From contig OZ244960.1 of NCBI GenBank assembly GCA_965222605.1, positions 4,448,001-4,512,000 of the forward strand: a stretch of 64,000 nt of DNA, in the 5' to 3' direction. The DNA comes from Candidatus Latescibacterota bacterium. GTDB lineage: Bacteria > Latescibacterota > UBA2968. Positions 18,341-28,767 of this stretch are shown here, piece by piece. A program made the position numbers and the translations under genes. Under the pieces are notes generated by a model that saw nothing but the letters and a program-made list of their open reading frames with translations, ran no database searches and was not told the DNA's origin. The first letter of the stretch is position 1, and each line of letters starts with the position of its first letter.

Positions 18341-19620
18341 CAGCCAAAAATCTTTCGCACGGTGTGAAGGCCAGAGACCAGCGCGTCAATGTCTTCACGT
18401 GTGTTGTAAAATGCTAAGGAAGCGCGCGTTGCTGCGGGTATGTCGTAGTGTTTCATAATGGGTTGCGCGCAGTGGTGCCCGGCGCGAACGGCGACACCGG
18501 CCTGGTCGAGAATGGTGCCCACATCGTGGGGGTGAATATCGGAGAGGGTAAATGAGAGCACGCCTACTTTACACTCGGCTGTGCCGAGCATTTTCAGGTC
18601 CGGCACACCGCGCAGGACATCGTGTGCATATTCCAGCAAATTGGCTTCGTATTTTGCCGCGCCATCAAAGTCGATGCTGTTGAGGTAATCAATGGCGGCA
18701 CCCAGGCCAATACTGCCCGCGATATTGGGCGTTCCCGCTTCAAATTTGTTGGGCAAGTTTCCGTACGTAATATTGTCAAAGTCAACGCTCTGGATCATGC
18801 TGCCCCCACCCTGGTAGGGCGGCATGGTATCGAGGTATGTTTCGCAGCCGTACAGGACGCCAATGCCTGTGGGCGCGAACATTTTGTGTCCCGAAAAGGT
18901 GTAAAACTCGCAGCCCAGGGCGCGCACATCCACGCGCTGATGGGGCACGGCCTGTGCGCCATCGATATGTACGGGTACGCCGTGTGCGTGCGCGATTTGC
19001 ACGATTTCACGCACGGGATTGACTGTGCCCAGCACATTGGAGATGTGTACGACGGAGACGAGTTTTGTGCGCGAGGAAAAAAGGGTTTGATATGTGTCCA
19101 AACAGAGTTCACCCCGGTCGTTCATGGGGATGACGCGCAGTTTGGCTCCCTTTTCCCGACAGAGCATCCACCAGGGAACGATGTTGGAATGGTGCTCCAT
19201 TTCGGTGATGATGATTTCGTCGCCCTCGCCGATTTGTTCGCGTCCAAAGGTCTGAGCAATGAGATTGATGCCTTCGGTGGTTCCGCGCACAAAGATGATT
19301 TCTCTGTCTGAGGCCGCGTTGATAAAGGTCGCCACTTTTCTTCTGGCGGCTTCATAAGCATCGGTCGCTATTTGCGAGAGGTGGTGTACGCCTCTGTGTA
19401 CATTGGCATTTTGGTCGGTGTAATAATGCGAGAGGGCATCGATGACCGCGCGGGGTTTTTGGGCTGTGGCACCATTGTCGAGGTACACGAGAGGTTGCCC
19501 CTGCACTTGTTGACCCAAAATGGGAAAGTCCGCGCGGACGCGGCGCACGTCAAAGGGCGGTGCCGGGCGCGCGGCTGGCTCGGGCGGTTGAAGTGTTAAT
19601 ATGTCCAGGGGCGAACTCAT
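18340..19620 (-). CDS. sufS: Cysteine desulfurase (group II)
   Basis: YLDNGAT, NVHRG, FSGHK (PLP Lys), RAGHHCA. Confidence 0.95.
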   Translation of the reverse strand: MSSPLDILTLQPPEPAARPAPPFDVRRVRADFPILGQQVQGQPLVYLDNGATAQKPRAVIDALSHYYTDQNANVHRGVHHLSQIATDAYEAARRKVATFINAASDREIIFVRGTTEGINLIAQTFGREQIGEGDEIIITEMEHHSNIVPWWMLCREKGAKLRVIPMNDRGELCLDTYQTLFSSRTKLVSVVHISNVLGTVNPVREIVQIAHAHGVPVHIDGAQAVPHQRVDVRALGCEFYTFSGHKMFAPTGIGVLYGCETYLDTMPPYQGGGSMIQSVDFDNITYGNLPNKFEAGTPNIAGSIGLGAAIDYLNSIDFDGAAKYEANLLEYAHDVLRGVPDLKMLGTAECKVGVLSFTLSDIHPHDVGTILDQAGVAVRAGHHCAQPIMKHYDIPAATRASLAFYNTREDIDALVSGLHTVRKIFG

Positions 19621-20942
19621 GCCATGTCCTTTGCATAGATGTGTTCGAGGCGCGTGTCGATTAAATCGCTGAGGTGCGACCGCACGGGGGCGAAGGTCAC
19701 GCGCTCGATAATGTCATCGGCAAAAGCGCGGAGCAATATCCGTCTTGCCGCGGCTTTGGGTATGCCGCGCGCTTGCAGGTAAAAGAGCGCGTTTTCATCG
19801 AGCTGGCCTATTGTTGCGCCATGCGAGCATTTGACTTCATCGGCGTAGATTTCGAGTTGTGGTTTGGTATTGACGCGCGCATTGTCCGAAAGCAGGATAT
19901 TTTCGTTTTGCTGGTAGGCATCTGTGTGTTGTGCTTTTTGGTGTACGTGAATTTTCCCCCGGAAAATTGCGCGAGATGAACCTCCCAGAATCCCTTTGTA
20001 GAGTTCGTGGCTGGGGCAATGGGGTTCTGCGTGCTCCAACAGGGTATAATTATCGACTTGTTGCGATCCTTCGAGGGCATAAAATCCATTGATGGTGGCT
20101 TCACTGCCTTCGCCGCGCAGGTACGCGCTTACGTCGTTGCGAACAAATGCTCCGCCGAGTGTAAAATCGTGAAAGGTCATCCTGCTGCTGCGCCCGAGTT
20201 GGGCCTGAAAATTGGCGACGTGCAAACCCTTTGTGTTTTGCAATTCGAGGCGGATACAATTCACGCTGGCATTGTCGCGGGCGATGATTTCTGTGACCGC
20301 ATTGGTAAGATAAGTCTCTGTACCCGTTCCCGCATAGGTTTCAATTAGCGAAAGCTGACTGTTCTCATCTGCGATGATCAGGTTGCGCGGATGAGATATT
20401 GTGGGGATTTCTGACGCCGTTGTGAAAAAGAGGATATGCACGGGGGCTTCGACGGTGACATTCGGCTGAACATGGATGAATACGCCGTCGCGCATGAATG
20501 CCGTGTTGAGGGCGGTGAATGCCAAATCTGTGGTTTGTGCGAGTTTTCCCAGGTGCGCTTTGACGAGTGGATGGTCGTAAACGTCGGCGAGGTTGGCGAT
20601 GGTTATGCCTTCTGGTATGTCAGATGCGCGTTCTGGCGCGTAATGCCCATTTACGAATACGAGGCGGATGCCTTGCAGGTCGGGATAGATGAAGGGGGCC
20701 AGCTCTGCATCCATAAGGGTGGCAGGGATAGCAGGCTCAAAATCGGGTCTGATAAGCGCTGATGGATTCACGCTTTTCCAGGCTTCATCTGCGGTGGTGG
20801 GATATCCCAGGCGGTCAAAGTCGGCTATTGCTTGTTGACGCAATGCTCGCAATGACTGGCCATTGAGGCTGGATTCAAATTTTTGAACCCAGGATGCGTG
20901 ATTAGACGCTGTGTGTCGCGTGTTCTTCTTTGATCCAGTCAT
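19617..20942 (-). CDS. sufD: Fe-S cluster assembly protein SufD
   Basis: [30 protein letters not shown]. Confidence 0.93.
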   Translation of the reverse strand: MTGSKKNTRHTASNHASWVQKFESSLNGQSLRALRQQAIADFDRLGYPTTADEAWKSVNPSALIRPDFEPAIPATLMDAELAPFIYPDLQGIRLVFVNGHYAPERASDIPEGITIANLADVYDHPLVKAHLGKLAQTTDLAFTALNTAFMRDGVFIHVQPNVTVEAPVHILFFTTASEIPTISHPRNLIIADENSQLSLIETYAGTGTETYLTNAVTEIIARDNASVNCIRLELQNTKGLHVANFQAQLGRSSRMTFHDFTLGGAFVRNDVSAYLRGEGSEATINGFYALEGSQQVDNYTLLEHAEPHCPSHELYKGILGGSSRAIFRGKIHVHQKAQHTDAYQQNENILLSDNARVNTKPQLEIYADEVKCSHGATIGQLDENALFYLQARGIPKAAARRILLRAFADDIIERVTFAPVRSHLSDLIDTRLEHIYAKDMA

Positions 20943-21663
20943 AGCCTTTTTCTTCCAGTTCCATGGCGAGTGTTTTGTCGCCCGATTGTACGATGCGTCC
21001 GTCGATCATAACGTGGACTACGTCGGGTATGACATTGTTGAGCAAGCGCTGATAGTGCGTGACCACAATGGTTGCTTTGTCCGCGCTGTGCAGTGTATTG
21101 ACGCCGTCGGCGACAATGCGCAGGGCGTCGATATCGAGTCCAGAATCGGTTTCGTCGAGTATGGCGAGGCGGGGTTCCAGAACAGCCATTTGCAGAATTT
21201 CATGGCGTTTTTTTTCGCCGCCAGAAAAGCCTTCGTTGACCGGACGTTTGAGGAATTTTTCGTCCATTTCGACCAGTTTGAGTTTGTTGCGAATCAGCGC
21301 GAGAAAGTCTATGGCATCGACTTCTTCTTCATCTCGGGCCGTTCGAATGGCGTTGAGTGCTGTGCGCAAGAAGTACGCGCTGTTGACACCGGGTATTTCT
21401 ACCGGGTACTGAAAGGCGAGGAAGACGCCGTGTACCGCGCGTTCATCTGGATCCATATCGAGCAGGTCCTGGCCCTCGTAGATGACCTCGCCCGCTGTAA
21501 TACTATAGGCTTCGTGACCCGCGAGCACCTGAGCCAATGTGCTTTTGCCGGACCCATTGGGTCCCATAATGGCGTGGATTTCTCCCGCATTGACCACGAG
21601 ATCAATACCGTGAAGAATTTCCGCGCCTTCCACACCTGCGTGCAGATTCCGAATTTCGAGCAT
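20902..21663 (-). CDS. sufC: Fe-S cluster assembly ATPase SufC
   Basis: [40 protein letters not shown]. Confidence 0.95.
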   Translation of the reverse strand: MLEIRNLHAGVEGAEILHGIDLVVNAGEIHAIMGPNGSGKSTLAQVLAGHEAYSITAGEVIYEGQDLLDMDPDERAVHGVFLAFQYPVEIPGVNSAYFLRTALNAIRTARDEEEVDAIDFLALIRNKLKLVEMDEKFLKRPVNEGFSGGEKKRHEILQMAVLEPRLAILDETDSGLDIDALRIVADGVNTLHSADKATIVVTHYQRLLNNVIPDVVHVMIDGRIVQSGDKTLAMELEEKGYDWIKEEHATHSV

Positions 21664-21688
21664 GTTATTTCTTTCCTTAAATTGAGAC

Positions 21689-23158
21689 CTACCCGACGCT
21701 GCCTTCGAGGCTGATGCCGAGGAGTTTTTGGGCTTCGACTGCAAATTCCATGGGCAATTCTGCCATCACTTCTTTGCAGAACCCGTTGACGATCATTGAA
21801 ACGGCGTCTTCTGTGGAGATACCGCGCTGGTTGCAATAGAAGATCTGGTCTTCGCCTATTTTGGATGTGGTTGCTTCGTGTTCGACATGCGCGGATGGAT
21901 TGCGCACGTCGATATAGGGAAAGGTGTGTGCGCCGCACTGGTCGCCGATGAGTATGGAATCGCATTGGGTAAAGTTTCTGGCGTTGTGCGCGCCTTTGAG
22001 CACTTGCACGGCACCGCGATAGGTGTTTTGTCCGCGCATGGCGGATATGCCTTTGGAGATGATGGTACTTCGGGTGTTTTTGCCAATGTGGATCATTTTT
22101 GTGCCGGTATCGGCCTGTTGTTTGAGGGAGGTTACGGCGACAGAGTAAAATTCGCCAACCGAGTTGTCACCCTGGAGAATGCAACTCGGATATTTCCAGG
22201 TGATGGCCGATCCGGTTTCGACTTGTGTCCATGAGATTTTGGAATTTGCGCCCCGGCAGGCGCCGCGTTTGGTGACAAAGTTGTAGATGCCACCCTTGCC
22301 GTCTATGTCGCCGGGATACCAGTTTTGGACGGTGGAGTATTTGATCTGTGCATTGTCGAGTGCGATGAGCTCGACCACAGCCGCGTGAAGCTGATTTTCG
22401 TCGCGCATGGGCGCTGTGCAGCCTTCCAAATACGATACATAAGCACCTTCTTCAGCGATGAGGAGCGTGCGCTCAAATTGCCCGGTGTTGGCGGCGTTGA
22501 TGCGAAAATAAGTCGATAATTCCATTGGGCAACGCACGCCTTTGGGAATATAGCAGAACGACCCATCGCTAAAGACAGCCGAGTTGAGGGCTGCAAAATA
22601 ATTATCGGTGTGGGGGACGACAGAACCGAGATACTTGCGCACGAGGTCGGGATGATCTTGCACCGCTTCTGAAAAGGAGCAAAATATAACGCCTGATTCA
22701 GCCAGTGTTTCCTTAAAGGTGGTCGCAACTGAGACACTGTCGAAGACCGCATCGACAGCCACACCAGTCAGCATTTTTTGCTCTACGAGGGAAATGCCGA
22801 GTTTTTCATAAGTGGCGAGCAGTTCGGGATCGACTTCGTCCAGACTTTCGGGGCCATCGCCAGCTTTTTTCGGTGCTGAGTAATACACGATGCTTTGATA
22901 GTCGATATCGGGATAGGTAACCATGGTCCACTGTTCGCTTTTTTTGCGTTTGAGCGGGTCGGTCATGGTCAGCCAGTGGCGATAGGCTTTTAAGCGCCAT
23001 TCGAGCAGCCAGTCAGGTTCATTCTTTTTTTCAGAAATAAATCGAATAATGTCTTCATTCAGACCTGGGGGGGCAGATTCTTGCTCGATATCTGTCACCC
23101 ATCCAAATTTGTAATCGCTCGTTGCGAGCGTTTCAAGCTCCTGGGCTTGTGAACTCAT
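21689..23158 (-). CDS. sufB: Fe-S cluster assembly protein SufB
   Basis: [35 protein letters not shown]. Confidence 0.96.
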   Translation of the reverse strand: MSSQAQELETLATSDYKFGWVTDIEQESAPPGLNEDIIRFISEKKNEPDWLLEWRLKAYRHWLTMTDPLKRKKSEQWTMVTYPDIDYQSIVYYSAPKKAGDGPESLDEVDPELLATYEKLGISLVEQKMLTGVAVDAVFDSVSVATTFKETLAESGVIFCSFSEAVQDHPDLVRKYLGSVVPHTDNYFAALNSAVFSDGSFCYIPKGVRCPMELSTYFRINAANTGQFERTLLIAEEGAYVSYLEGCTAPMRDENQLHAAVVELIALDNAQIKYSTVQNWYPGDIDGKGGIYNFVTKRGACRGANSKISWTQVETGSAITWKYPSCILQGDNSVGEFYSVAVTSLKQQADTGTKMIHIGKNTRSTIISKGISAMRGQNTYRGAVQVLKGAHNARNFTQCDSILIGDQCGAHTFPYIDVRNPSAHVEHEATTSKIGEDQIFYCNQRGISTEDAVSMIVNGFCKEVMAELPMEFAVEAQKLLGISLEGSVG

Positions 23159-23202
23159 TGTAGAACTCCTTTTGAGGTCGAAAAAGTAGCCGTGTAGTTA
23201 CA

Positions 23203-23260
23203 AACTTACCTTAAGCATACAAAAATGTCAAGATTAAAGATAAACAAAAAAGTCAAAAAT
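23203..23260 (-). promoter_or_regulatory. sigma70-type sufB promoter with a candidate upstream Rrf2 site
   Basis: Minus strand TTGACA (23226-23231) -17 bp- TAAGTT (23203-23208); a second TTGACT-containing AT-rich box at ~23240-23260. Confidence 0.5.
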
Positions 23261-23379
23261 AATTCGTTGTAAAGTAACATATTAGAGGCCATAAAGGTCG
23301 ATGTTAGTTTGGGAAGAATGCCGTGTCTCTCGCGAGATGAACACATGCAGGGTGAGTGAAAAATAGAAGTCTGAATACA

Positions 23380-23802
23380 CTATCCCCATGCCTTGCCGCT
23401 GGCGCGCCTGCGACGCTTGCTGCCGGGCAGGTCTTTTTTTTCAACGGCAAAACCGAGCAGTCCTTTTTGCCCGAGTTTTTTGAGATAGGCGAGGAGTGAT
23501 ATTTCGGCTTCTTTCACATTGAGTTGGTGGGTTTGGCTCAGGCGTTTGATGATGGCTTCGACGGTTGTGCGCCCATCGCACATATCCCAGACCTGTGCGC
23601 CAATTTCGTCGAGTACCAGTGTTTTTCGTTGGGGAATCCAAAAAATTTTAGATAGAGTGCGCACTTTCCACGAATCGCCGCGGGTGAGTGTGACGTGGAT
23701 CTCGCCATCGTCATTTTTTCCCCATTCGACCTGATTGTTGCGAACGGGTTTGGATTTGAACATGGCTTCGCGGCCAATTTTGGGTTGTTTTTTGAATAGC
23801 AT
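23380..23802 (-). CDS. PqqD-family (RRE-like) protein
   Basis: LDEIGAQVWDMCDGRTTVEAII...LLAYLKKLGQKGLL winged-helix pattern; GGAG RBS before ATG 23802. Confidence 0.8.
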   Translation of the reverse strand: MLFKKQPKIGREAMFKSKPVRNNQVEWGKNDDGEIHVTLTRGDSWKVRTLSKIFWIPQRKTLVLDEIGAQVWDMCDGRTTVEAIIKRLSQTHQLNVKEAEISLLAYLKKLGQKGLLGFAVEKKDLPGSKRRRRASGKAWG

Positions 23803-23849
23803 AACAGGACTCCACTTGCGGGCGAATAGACAGGATGGGTAATATTCTG

Positions 23850-24791
23850 TCAGGAAATGGCTGTTACATCCTTGCAATAGGCATCGAGGTTTGGGGCACC
23901 TTCGGATTTTTTCCAGAAAGTCTGTACGACGAAAATTTTATTGGTTTCCATATCGGTCCAAACTCGTCCCGAAAGATTCTGACGGGGGCGCATATTCCAA
24001 AAGGGCAAGGGTTGAAGAAGGCCCTGCCATCGACTTTTGGGGTATCCATTGACCGAGAGCACGATGTTGGTGTCCTGGGTTTGGATATCGGTTTCAACGT
24101 GAATATGTCGGAGGTCTTTTGTAAAAAATTCAACGTACCATTCATCGAGATCTTTGCTATTGAGGATTGTGCGCGCCAGGCTGAAGCGGTCAATATTGAG
24201 CCGCGTGCTGTCTTTTTGAAATCTCAAGCCTATATGTCCGGATTTGAGTTCAAAATTTTCGAGTTCGTATTCTGGGGGGGATTGGCAGATCATGTCGTAG
24301 AGTGCCCAGGTCAGGGGATCGCCGGGCGGAGTGTCCCGAAGGGTGTTGAAGACGAGGGGCAGAACGGCGTCGAGGTTTTCATCTGTGCGGCTCATAATTC
24401 GAATAAAAATGAGACGGTCCGAGGCGGGACTATATGTTGCAAGCGTGTGTACTGTGTAACGCGATTCCCACACAAAATACTGGGTGTTTTGCATGGCGGG
24501 TAGGTCGAGGTCAATGGCTTTGGGGTTGCGTTCAACGCGCAGGCGACTTTTTTGTTTTTTTGCATTTTTTGCCAGGCCCTCGATGTAGCGATCCACAATT
24601 TGTTCCACGCGGTCGTCTCCCCGCGCTTCTTTCCATTCGAGTTCGATGCGCGCAATTTGAGAATCGTCGAGGCGCACTTCGCCCGAGTTGGCCTCTCCCG
24701 ATATTTTGCCCGGGTTCCATTCTGATGGAATGGTCAGGCCAATGCCATGCCAGGCAAAGGGCACGTATTCGTCAAATATGAGATTTTTCAT
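23850..24791 (-). CDS. Hypothetical protein co-oriented with the PqqD gene
   Basis: 313-aa ORF with a two-fold internal pattern (FAWHGIGLTIPSEW / WALYDMICQSPPEY). Confidence 0.75.
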   Translation of the reverse strand: MKNLIFDEYVPFAWHGIGLTIPSEWNPGKISGEANSGEVRLDDSQIARIELEWKEARGDDRVEQIVDRYIEGLAKNAKKQKSRLRVERNPKAIDLDLPAMQNTQYFVWESRYTVHTLATYSPASDRLIFIRIMSRTDENLDAVLPLVFNTLRDTPPGDPLTWALYDMICQSPPEYELENFELKSGHIGLRFQKDSTRLNIDRFSLARTILNSKDLDEWYVEFFTKDLRHIHVETDIQTQDTNIVLSVNGYPKSRWQGLLQPLPFWNMRPRQNLSGRVWTDMETNKIFVVQTFWKKSEGAPNLDAYCKDVTAIS

Positions 24792-24859
24792 GGTGTTCTT
24801 TCCATTCAGAGTTCGTGCGAAGGTTGGTGATACACCGCTTGTCTGTGATCGCTAAAGAT

Positions 24860-24888
24860 AAGATACAAGGGGGTATTTGCGGTGTCAA
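24860..24888 (-). promoter_or_regulatory. sigma70-type promoter for the PqqD pair
   Basis: TTGACA-17 bp-TATCTT on the minus strand. Confidence 0.55.
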
Positions 24889-24977
24889 GCAGAGATATGT
24901 AGATGTATTTACGGTGTTTAGAACGGATGAGATGGAGAAAAATAATACATTTTTTGAGAATTATTTGAGATGAAAAC

Positions 24978-25031
24978 TTGACGGATGCACGAACGTTCAC
25001 TATATTCAAATGTGCAGGTTATGGATGCACG
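24978..25031 (+). promoter_or_regulatory. lexA promoter with candidate LexA operator(s)
   Basis: TTGACG (24978) -17 bp- TATATT (25001); imperfect palindrome TGCAC-gaac-GTTCA in the spacer; GGATGCACG present at both 24982 and 25023. Confidence 0.6.
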
Positions 25032-25062
25032 CGTTTTTGAAAAATAAATAAGGAGGTATGTT

Positions 25063-25692
25063 ATGCGAAAAAAACTAACTGCGCGCCAACAGGAGATATA
25101 CGATTTTATTGCTCAGGTGATTCGCAACCAGAGATATCCGCCTACGATCCGAGAAATTATGGAGGCTTTTGGCATTGCTTCAACCAATGGTGTGCGAACC
25201 ACGCTGTCTGCATTGGAAAAAAAAGGGTATATTCGGCGAACTGCCATGTTGTCGCGCAGCATTGAGTTGACGGATTATCAGGCACGCGATGCATCGCTTT
25301 CAGGCGATGTGCGCGAAGTGCCAGTGATTGGGCGCGTTGCTGCCGGTGAACCGATCCTGGCGATGGAAAATATCGAGAGTACGCTTGCGGTTGATTCTGG
25401 GTTTGTGCCGCGAGGCGATGTTTTTGCCCTTCAGGTTGAGGGTGATAGTATGCGCGATGCAGGGATATTAGATGGCGATTTTGTGCTCGCGCGCCATCAA
25501 GAATCTGCCCTTCAAGGTGAGATTGTCGTGGCTGTAATCGGCGAAGAAGCAACGGTTAAGCGCTACTATCGAGAGGGGTCGCAAGTCAAGTTGATGCCCG
25601 AAAATGAAGCCTATCAACCCATTGTGGTGGGTGAAAGCCACGAGCCATTCCGAATTGCCGGCAAAATTGTGGGTTTGATGCGGTCTTTTTAG
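25063..25692 (+). CDS. lexA: SOS repressor LexA
   Basis: LTARQQEI, PPTIREI, GRVAAGEP (Ala-Gly cleavage site), GDSM (Ser), ATVKR (Lys). Confidence 0.96.
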   Translation: MRKKLTARQQEIYDFIAQVIRNQRYPPTIREIMEAFGIASTNGVRTTLSALEKKGYIRRTAMLSRSIELTDYQARDASLSGDVREVPVIGRVAAGEPILAMENIESTLAVDSGFVPRGDVFALQVEGDSMRDAGILDGDFVLARHQESALQGEIVVAVIGEEATVKRYYREGSQVKLMPENEAYQPIVVGESHEPFRIAGKIVGLMRSF

Positions 25693-25732
25693 ACGATGTG
25701 GGATGTATCGGGGTAGGATGTTTAATAGAAGC

Positions 25733-25763
25733 AAAGAGAGGCCTTAACAGGTCTCTCTTTTTT
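25733..25763. terminator. Bidirectional terminator between lexA and dprA
   Basis: aaagagaggcct-taac-aggtctctctttttt. Confidence 0.75.
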
Positions 25764-26859
25764 ATGTGAGGCCCCTAAAATGCATGCCCGGCAGTTGTTC
25801 GACACTGCCCTTGATTTCGAGACTCAAGAGGATGTTGAGGGTTTCTCCAGAAGAGAATCCCGCGGTTTTGGCGAGGGTGTCAATATGTACCGGGTTCGCA
25901 TCGGCAGACAGGTTGGCAAGGGCGTCCCATACGCGTTGTTCTCGGTCGGATAGCGCAGGTTGCTCAGAAGGTTGAGCGGGGAGTGCTGACCGATGTTCAA
26001 TTTCATTCAAGATGTCTTGCGTCGTCTGCACGAGAATGGCTCCCTGGCTGAGAAGGCCATTTGTGCCCTGACTTTTGCCCGAGTAAATTGGACCGGGTAC
26101 GGCAAAGACATCGCGGTTCTGGTCAAGTGCAAATTGGGCAGTGATGAGTGCGCCGCTCTGTTTGCCCGCTTCAACAACGACTGTGCCGAGGCTTAAGCCA
26201 CTGATAATGCGGTTGCGTCTTGGAAAGTTGTGGGCTTCTGGGGGAGTGCCCAGAGGAAATTCTGAGAAAACCACACCGCGTTCACATATTTGTTCAAATA
26301 GGGTGCGATTTTCAGGTGGATAGGGGCAATCTAAACCGCTGCCAAGCACTGCTGCTGTTGCGCCGTGTTCGAGTGCCCCTCGGTGTGCATGGGTGTCTAT
26401 GCCAACAGCCATGCCGCTGACCACTGTGATCCCCGCTCTGGCGAGATCTCTTCCCAGGCGATGCGCGGTCTCTCGTCCATAAGCCGTGAAAGAGCGCGAA
26501 CCGACGATGCTGATGGTGGGGCTGTGACACAGGCTTATATCGCCTTTTGCAAAGAGCAGAGGTGGCGGGGCGTAGATTTGGGATAGAATTTCGGGGTAGA
26601 GGGGATCGGTGAGCGTGCAGATTTGGATGTCGAGGTCTTTTGCGCGTGCGACTTGGTCCCGCGCCCATGCCCAGTCCCGATTGGTAGAGATAGATTGCGC
26701 GGTACTGGGACCAATGCCGGGGATCTCGCACAGTGCTCTGGGAGATTGGGAGAGAATATTTTCCGGCGTTTCAAAATGCTCGAGAAGAGCGCAATAGGCA
26801 GCGGGTCCCAGGCCTGGTACTGCGTAGAGTACCAGCCAGGGTAGAGCGTGATCGCACAT
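25762..26859 (-). CDS. dprA: DNA-processing protein DprA
   Basis: IVGSR, VSGMAVGIDTHAH, FPRRNRIISGLS, VEAGKQSGALITA; C-terminal winged helix. Confidence 0.95.
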   Translation of the reverse strand: MCDHALPWLVLYAVPGLGPAAYCALLEHFETPENILSQSPRALCEIPGIGPSTAQSISTNRDWAWARDQVARAKDLDIQICTLTDPLYPEILSQIYAPPPLLFAKGDISLCHSPTISIVGSRSFTAYGRETAHRLGRDLARAGITVVSGMAVGIDTHAHRGALEHGATAAVLGSGLDCPYPPENRTLFEQICERGVVFSEFPLGTPPEAHNFPRRNRIISGLSLGTVVVEAGKQSGALITAQFALDQNRDVFAVPGPIYSGKSQGTNGLLSQGAILVQTTQDILNEIEHRSALPAQPSEQPALSDREQRVWDALANLSADANPVHIDTLAKTAGFSSGETLNILLSLEIKGSVEQLPGMHFRGLT

Positions 26860-26913
26860 AATGCCTCGTTTGAGATGAACGTTTTTAGAAACATATAAAG
26901 CAATGATTATGCC

Positions 26914-26946
26914 AGAAAAAAAGCCCGTAAAATGGGCTTTTTTTCT
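26914..26946. terminator. Terminator hairpin after the sulfatase gene
   Basis: agaaaaaaagccc-gtaaaat-gggctttttttct. Confidence 0.75.
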
Positions 26947-27065
26947 GTTTGATGTGAAACTTTTGTTCATAAGGCGGCTGATTGCATGAAATATTTGAAA
27001 GCGGTAAGAGGTGAGACGTTAAACGTGAGAGGGGCTACCCAGCCCCAGTCTCCAGTTCCTGCCTC

Positions 27066-28556
27066 TCACTTCTCGCCTCTCGACACTGAATATCCGGGAA
27101 TATCGTAGAGAGGAACTGCCCATCCCGCATCCTGAATTAACAAATTTGCATCCACGCTTTTGGGTTCAGCAATCGCGCCAAAGTCTTTCCATTGGTCGCC
27201 ATCCAGAGGTTCGGTATAGCCTTCGTTTTGGAAAAAGCCAATTAGATTTTCGCGCATTGTTTTTATCTCTGAGGCGTACAGGACATTGTACGCACAGTTG
27301 CGCGTTTCCTCTGCATCCACGCGGTGATCGAGCAGGTATTCCTTTTGATCGCCCGCCGAATAGATGTATTTCAAATTGCCATCATAAGCCATGTACATAC
27401 CGCGTTGTCCGCGCTGAATCTGACCGTAAATCATTCGCTCTTGCCCATTGCCGACGAGATCTGCCATGTCCAGGCCGTCTAAATCTGCGTTGTGACGAGA
27501 AATACTTGCGGCGCCCAAAAAGGTTGGTATCAGGTCCATCAATCCACACGGTGTTTCTTCTTCAACACCGCAAGGGAAGCGCTCGGGATAGCGCACCAGC
27601 ATGGGCACTCGGGCTGCTGCATCGAGAAAGCTGCGCTTGCCAAAACAGTTGTAATCCCCCAGTAGTTCACCGTGATCCGATGACCAGGCAATAAGAGTAT
27701 TGTCCAGTTCGCCCTGTTGCTCGAGTTCGTCAATGATCCGGCCCACGCTGTAATCGATAAACGATATGCACGCCCAGTAATACCCGCGCATGACCTGCAA
27801 CATGCGATTATCCAATCCCGCATCGCGGTACTTGTATCGGTTCTGATGGCGGTTGAAATGCGTCCACAGATCTTCCATGTTATCGGGGCGTTTGGGAATG
27901 GGCATCAGGGAACCGCGATAGAGTTTGTTCCAGGGCGTTGGCGGTGAAAAGGGTGGGTGCGGATGGATAAAACTCGACCACAGGAAAAATGGTTTGGATG
28001 TGTCGCGGTTTTTCAGAAAGTCAATGCTGCGGTCTGCGACCCAGGCCGTTGGATGGTGGCGTGCGGGAAGTTGCGAAATTTGCGGGATATAATACATTTC
28101 TCCTCTTGCGCCCATCGGATCGTGTACATGGTCAAATCCCTGTGCGTGCAGATATTTTAGATAATCGTCTGTATCAGCAGCGCCCGAAAGTTCCTCCTGT
28201 ACATCTCGTGCGTGAAACCCTCGCAGTCCTCTTCGATCACCCGTAAAGTGCATTTTGCCCACCCCGTGGCAAGAATACCCGCCCTGTGCGAGAAGATCTA
28301 TCAGCGACGGGCGATCTATCGGTTGTGGAAACCCATTGTCAAAGCACCCATTTTTGTGCGGATACTGCCCGGTAATAATGGATGCACGCGCGGATACACA
28401 AACGGGTGATGGGGTGTATCCCCTGGTAAAATTCACCCCTTCATGACACAATCGATCCATCACTGGTGTGCGAATATGCGGATTGCCAGCCGCATGAATG
28501 GTATCCCAGCGTTGCTGGTCGGTCAATACGAACAGAATATTGGGTTGTTTGGGCAT
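27066..28556 (-). CDS. Sulfatase (S1 family, choline-sulfatase-like)
   Basis: PNILFVLTDQ, SPVCVSARAS (Cys-type signature, CxSxR variant), GKMHF, SDHGE. Confidence 0.9.
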   Translation of the reverse strand: MPKQPNILFVLTDQQRWDTIHAAGNPHIRTPVMDRLCHEGVNFTRGYTPSPVCVSARASIITGQYPHKNGCFDNGFPQPIDRPSLIDLLAQGGYSCHGVGKMHFTGDRRGLRGFHARDVQEELSGAADTDDYLKYLHAQGFDHVHDPMGARGEMYYIPQISQLPARHHPTAWVADRSIDFLKNRDTSKPFFLWSSFIHPHPPFSPPTPWNKLYRGSLMPIPKRPDNMEDLWTHFNRHQNRYKYRDAGLDNRMLQVMRGYYWACISFIDYSVGRIIDELEQQGELDNTLIAWSSDHGELLGDYNCFGKRSFLDAAARVPMLVRYPERFPCGVEEETPCGLMDLIPTFLGAASISRHNADLDGLDMADLVGNGQERMIYGQIQRGQRGMYMAYDGNLKYIYSAGDQKEYLLDHRVDAEETRNCAYNVLYASEIKTMRENLIGFFQNEGYTEPLDGDQWKDFGAIAEPKSVDANLLIQDAGWAVPLYDIPGYSVSRGEK

Positions 28557-28767
28557 TCTTTACTCCTCCCCACAATAAAGTTGAACCGCGCATTGTCTTT
28601 TTCAGGTAAGAATTTCATTTAATGAATTAAGAATTAAAAATTGAGAGTACAACTGCATAGCAGTTATACGCTGTTCCACAATATAAATGTGCAATGCTTC
28701 TTGACAATCGAAAAACTCGTTTCTATATCTTAGTTACAGATCAACTTTTCAGTACAAGGAGAATTCT

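Noticed and set aside
24806-25009. 67-aa ORF as a RiPP precursor for the PqqD protein
   Set aside because: It overlaps two promoters in AT-rich intergenic DNA and shows no leader/core pattern or RBS.
26860-26970. N-terminal extension of DprA in the ORF track
   Set aside because: It runs through a terminator hairpin; DprA-like sequence begins at ATG 26859.
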